Assembly: GCA_039831155.1 (NCBI GenBank)
Contig: JBDONT010000029.1
Location: 529-64,528 of the forward strand
DNA length: 64,000 nucleotides
Origin: Nautiliaceae bacterium
GTDB lineage: Bacteria; Campylobacterota; Campylobacteria; Campylobacterales; Nautiliaceae
Direction: 5' to 3'
Shown here: one piece after another, positions 63,192-64,000 of the stretch
Numbering within the stretch: position 1 is the stretch's first letter
Layout of the letters: the number at the start of each line of letters is the position of its first letter
The notes under the pieces: generated by a model
The model's database searches: none
What the model was told of the DNA's origin: nothing
The model's input: the letters and a program-made list of their open reading frames with translations, nothing else
Program-made: the position numbers and the translations under genes

Positions 63192-64000
63192 TTAAATTAA
63201 TTCCTCTTTTTGCGACGGAGTTTTAGCGATTGAAACTACTTTATTATCGTTATCAAGTTTCACAACTCTTACACCTTGAGTGTTTTTACCGGTTTTAGAA
63301 ATTGAATCAATTGAAACTCTTATCATTTTTCCACTGCTTGTTAAGACCATTAAATCGTGATTTTCTTCAGTAGCCACAACACCTACTAAATCTCCGGTTT
63401 TTGAAGTAAGTTTCATAGCAATTACACCCTTGCCTCCACGATTTGTAAGCCTATAAAGATTAGCTTCGGTTCTTTTTCCAAACCCTTTTTCGCTAACAGT
63501 TAAAATCTCTTGATTTTCATCTTTTAAACTTAAAGCTCCTACAACCTCATCGCCTTCGATTTTAAATTTAATTCCACTAACCCCTCTTGCACTTCTTCCC
63601 ATCTCTCTTACGGTATCAACCGGAAATCTTATAGCCATACCCTTTTTAGTAACGATAAACAATTCTTTATCTTCCGGTTTTACGATTTTAGCAGTTACAA
63701 GTTCGTCATTTTCATCTATCGTAATTGCTCTAACTCCGGTACTTCTTATGTTTTTAAATTCACTTAAATTCGTTCTTTTTACTATTCCGTTTTTTGTAAA
63801 GAATGCAAGAGATTTACTCTCATCAAAATCACTTGTTTTAATAATAGTCTGAATTTTTTCGTCTTTATCGAGGTTTATTAAATTTACAATCGCCTTACCT
63901 TTACTTGTTCTACTGCCTTCAGGGATTTTATATACTTTTAACCAATGCAGCTGACCTTTATCGGTAATAATCATTAAAGTATCGTGAGCTTTTGCCACAT
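63192..64000 (-). CDS. gyrA: DNA gyrase subunit A, C-terminal beta-pinwheel (5' part outside the window)
   Basis: Repeats such as GRSARGVSGI, NRGGKGVIAM, GKNTQGVRVV; the ORF is open to the window edge. Confidence 0.93.
   Translation of the reverse strand, partial: VAKAHDTLMIITDKGQLHWLKVYKIPEGSRTSKGKAIVNLINLDKDEKIQTIIKTSDFDESKSLAFFTKNGIVKRTNLSEFKNIRSTGVRAITIDENDELVTAKIVKPEDKELFIVTKKGMAIRFPVDTVREMGRSARGVSGIKFKIEGDEVVGALSLKDENQEILTVSEKGFGKRTEANLYRLTNRGGKGVIAMKLTSKTGDLVGVVATEENHDLMVLTSSGKMIRVSIDSISKTGKNTQGVRVVKLDNDNKVVSIAKTPSQKEELI

Overview
AT-rich, densely coded chromosomal segment from a Campylobacterota (epsilon-proteobacterial) genome. Gene order and protein style best fit a deep-sea-vent Nautiliaceae-type organism; this is an inference, no database was consulted. 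Most of the window is core genome: rnr (partial), a Cts/MSHA-like type IV pilus assembly cluster coupled to era-hslU-hslV-rplI, mqnE, glnD, pyk, ahpC-perR, argF, ribA, rsmG, cetBA-like energy taxis genes, rodA, tRNA-Phe and tRNA(CAU), the major porin, fabI-tpiA-pgk-gapA, nadD-rsfS, ftsX-envC, pyrH-rpoZ-spoT-tyrS-fabX-amiA, asd, flgR-flgQ-flgP and the 3' end of gyrA. No IS element, prophage or CRISPR array was seen. Standout observations: (1) Two tandem flgP-like lipoprotein genes, one behind a sigma28-type and one behind a sigma54-type promoter. Each promoter contains an anti-Shine-Dalgarno arm that would block translation of read-through mRNA but is absent from mRNA started at that promoter. 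(2) A five-gene phosphorelay (stand-alone Aer-type PAS, Hpt protein with a 66-bp tandem repeat, Sel1 protein, NIT-like hybrid kinase, single-domain receiver) with no DNA-binding output. (3) A spore-photoproduct-lyase-like radical SAM enzyme lacking the catalytic Cys, near a nucleosidase-fold gene, the two separated by an MshQ-like adhesin gene. (4) A peroxiredoxin with two in-frame, strongly SD-led starts. (5) A Thermotoga/Firmicutes-type class I-beta DAHP synthase.
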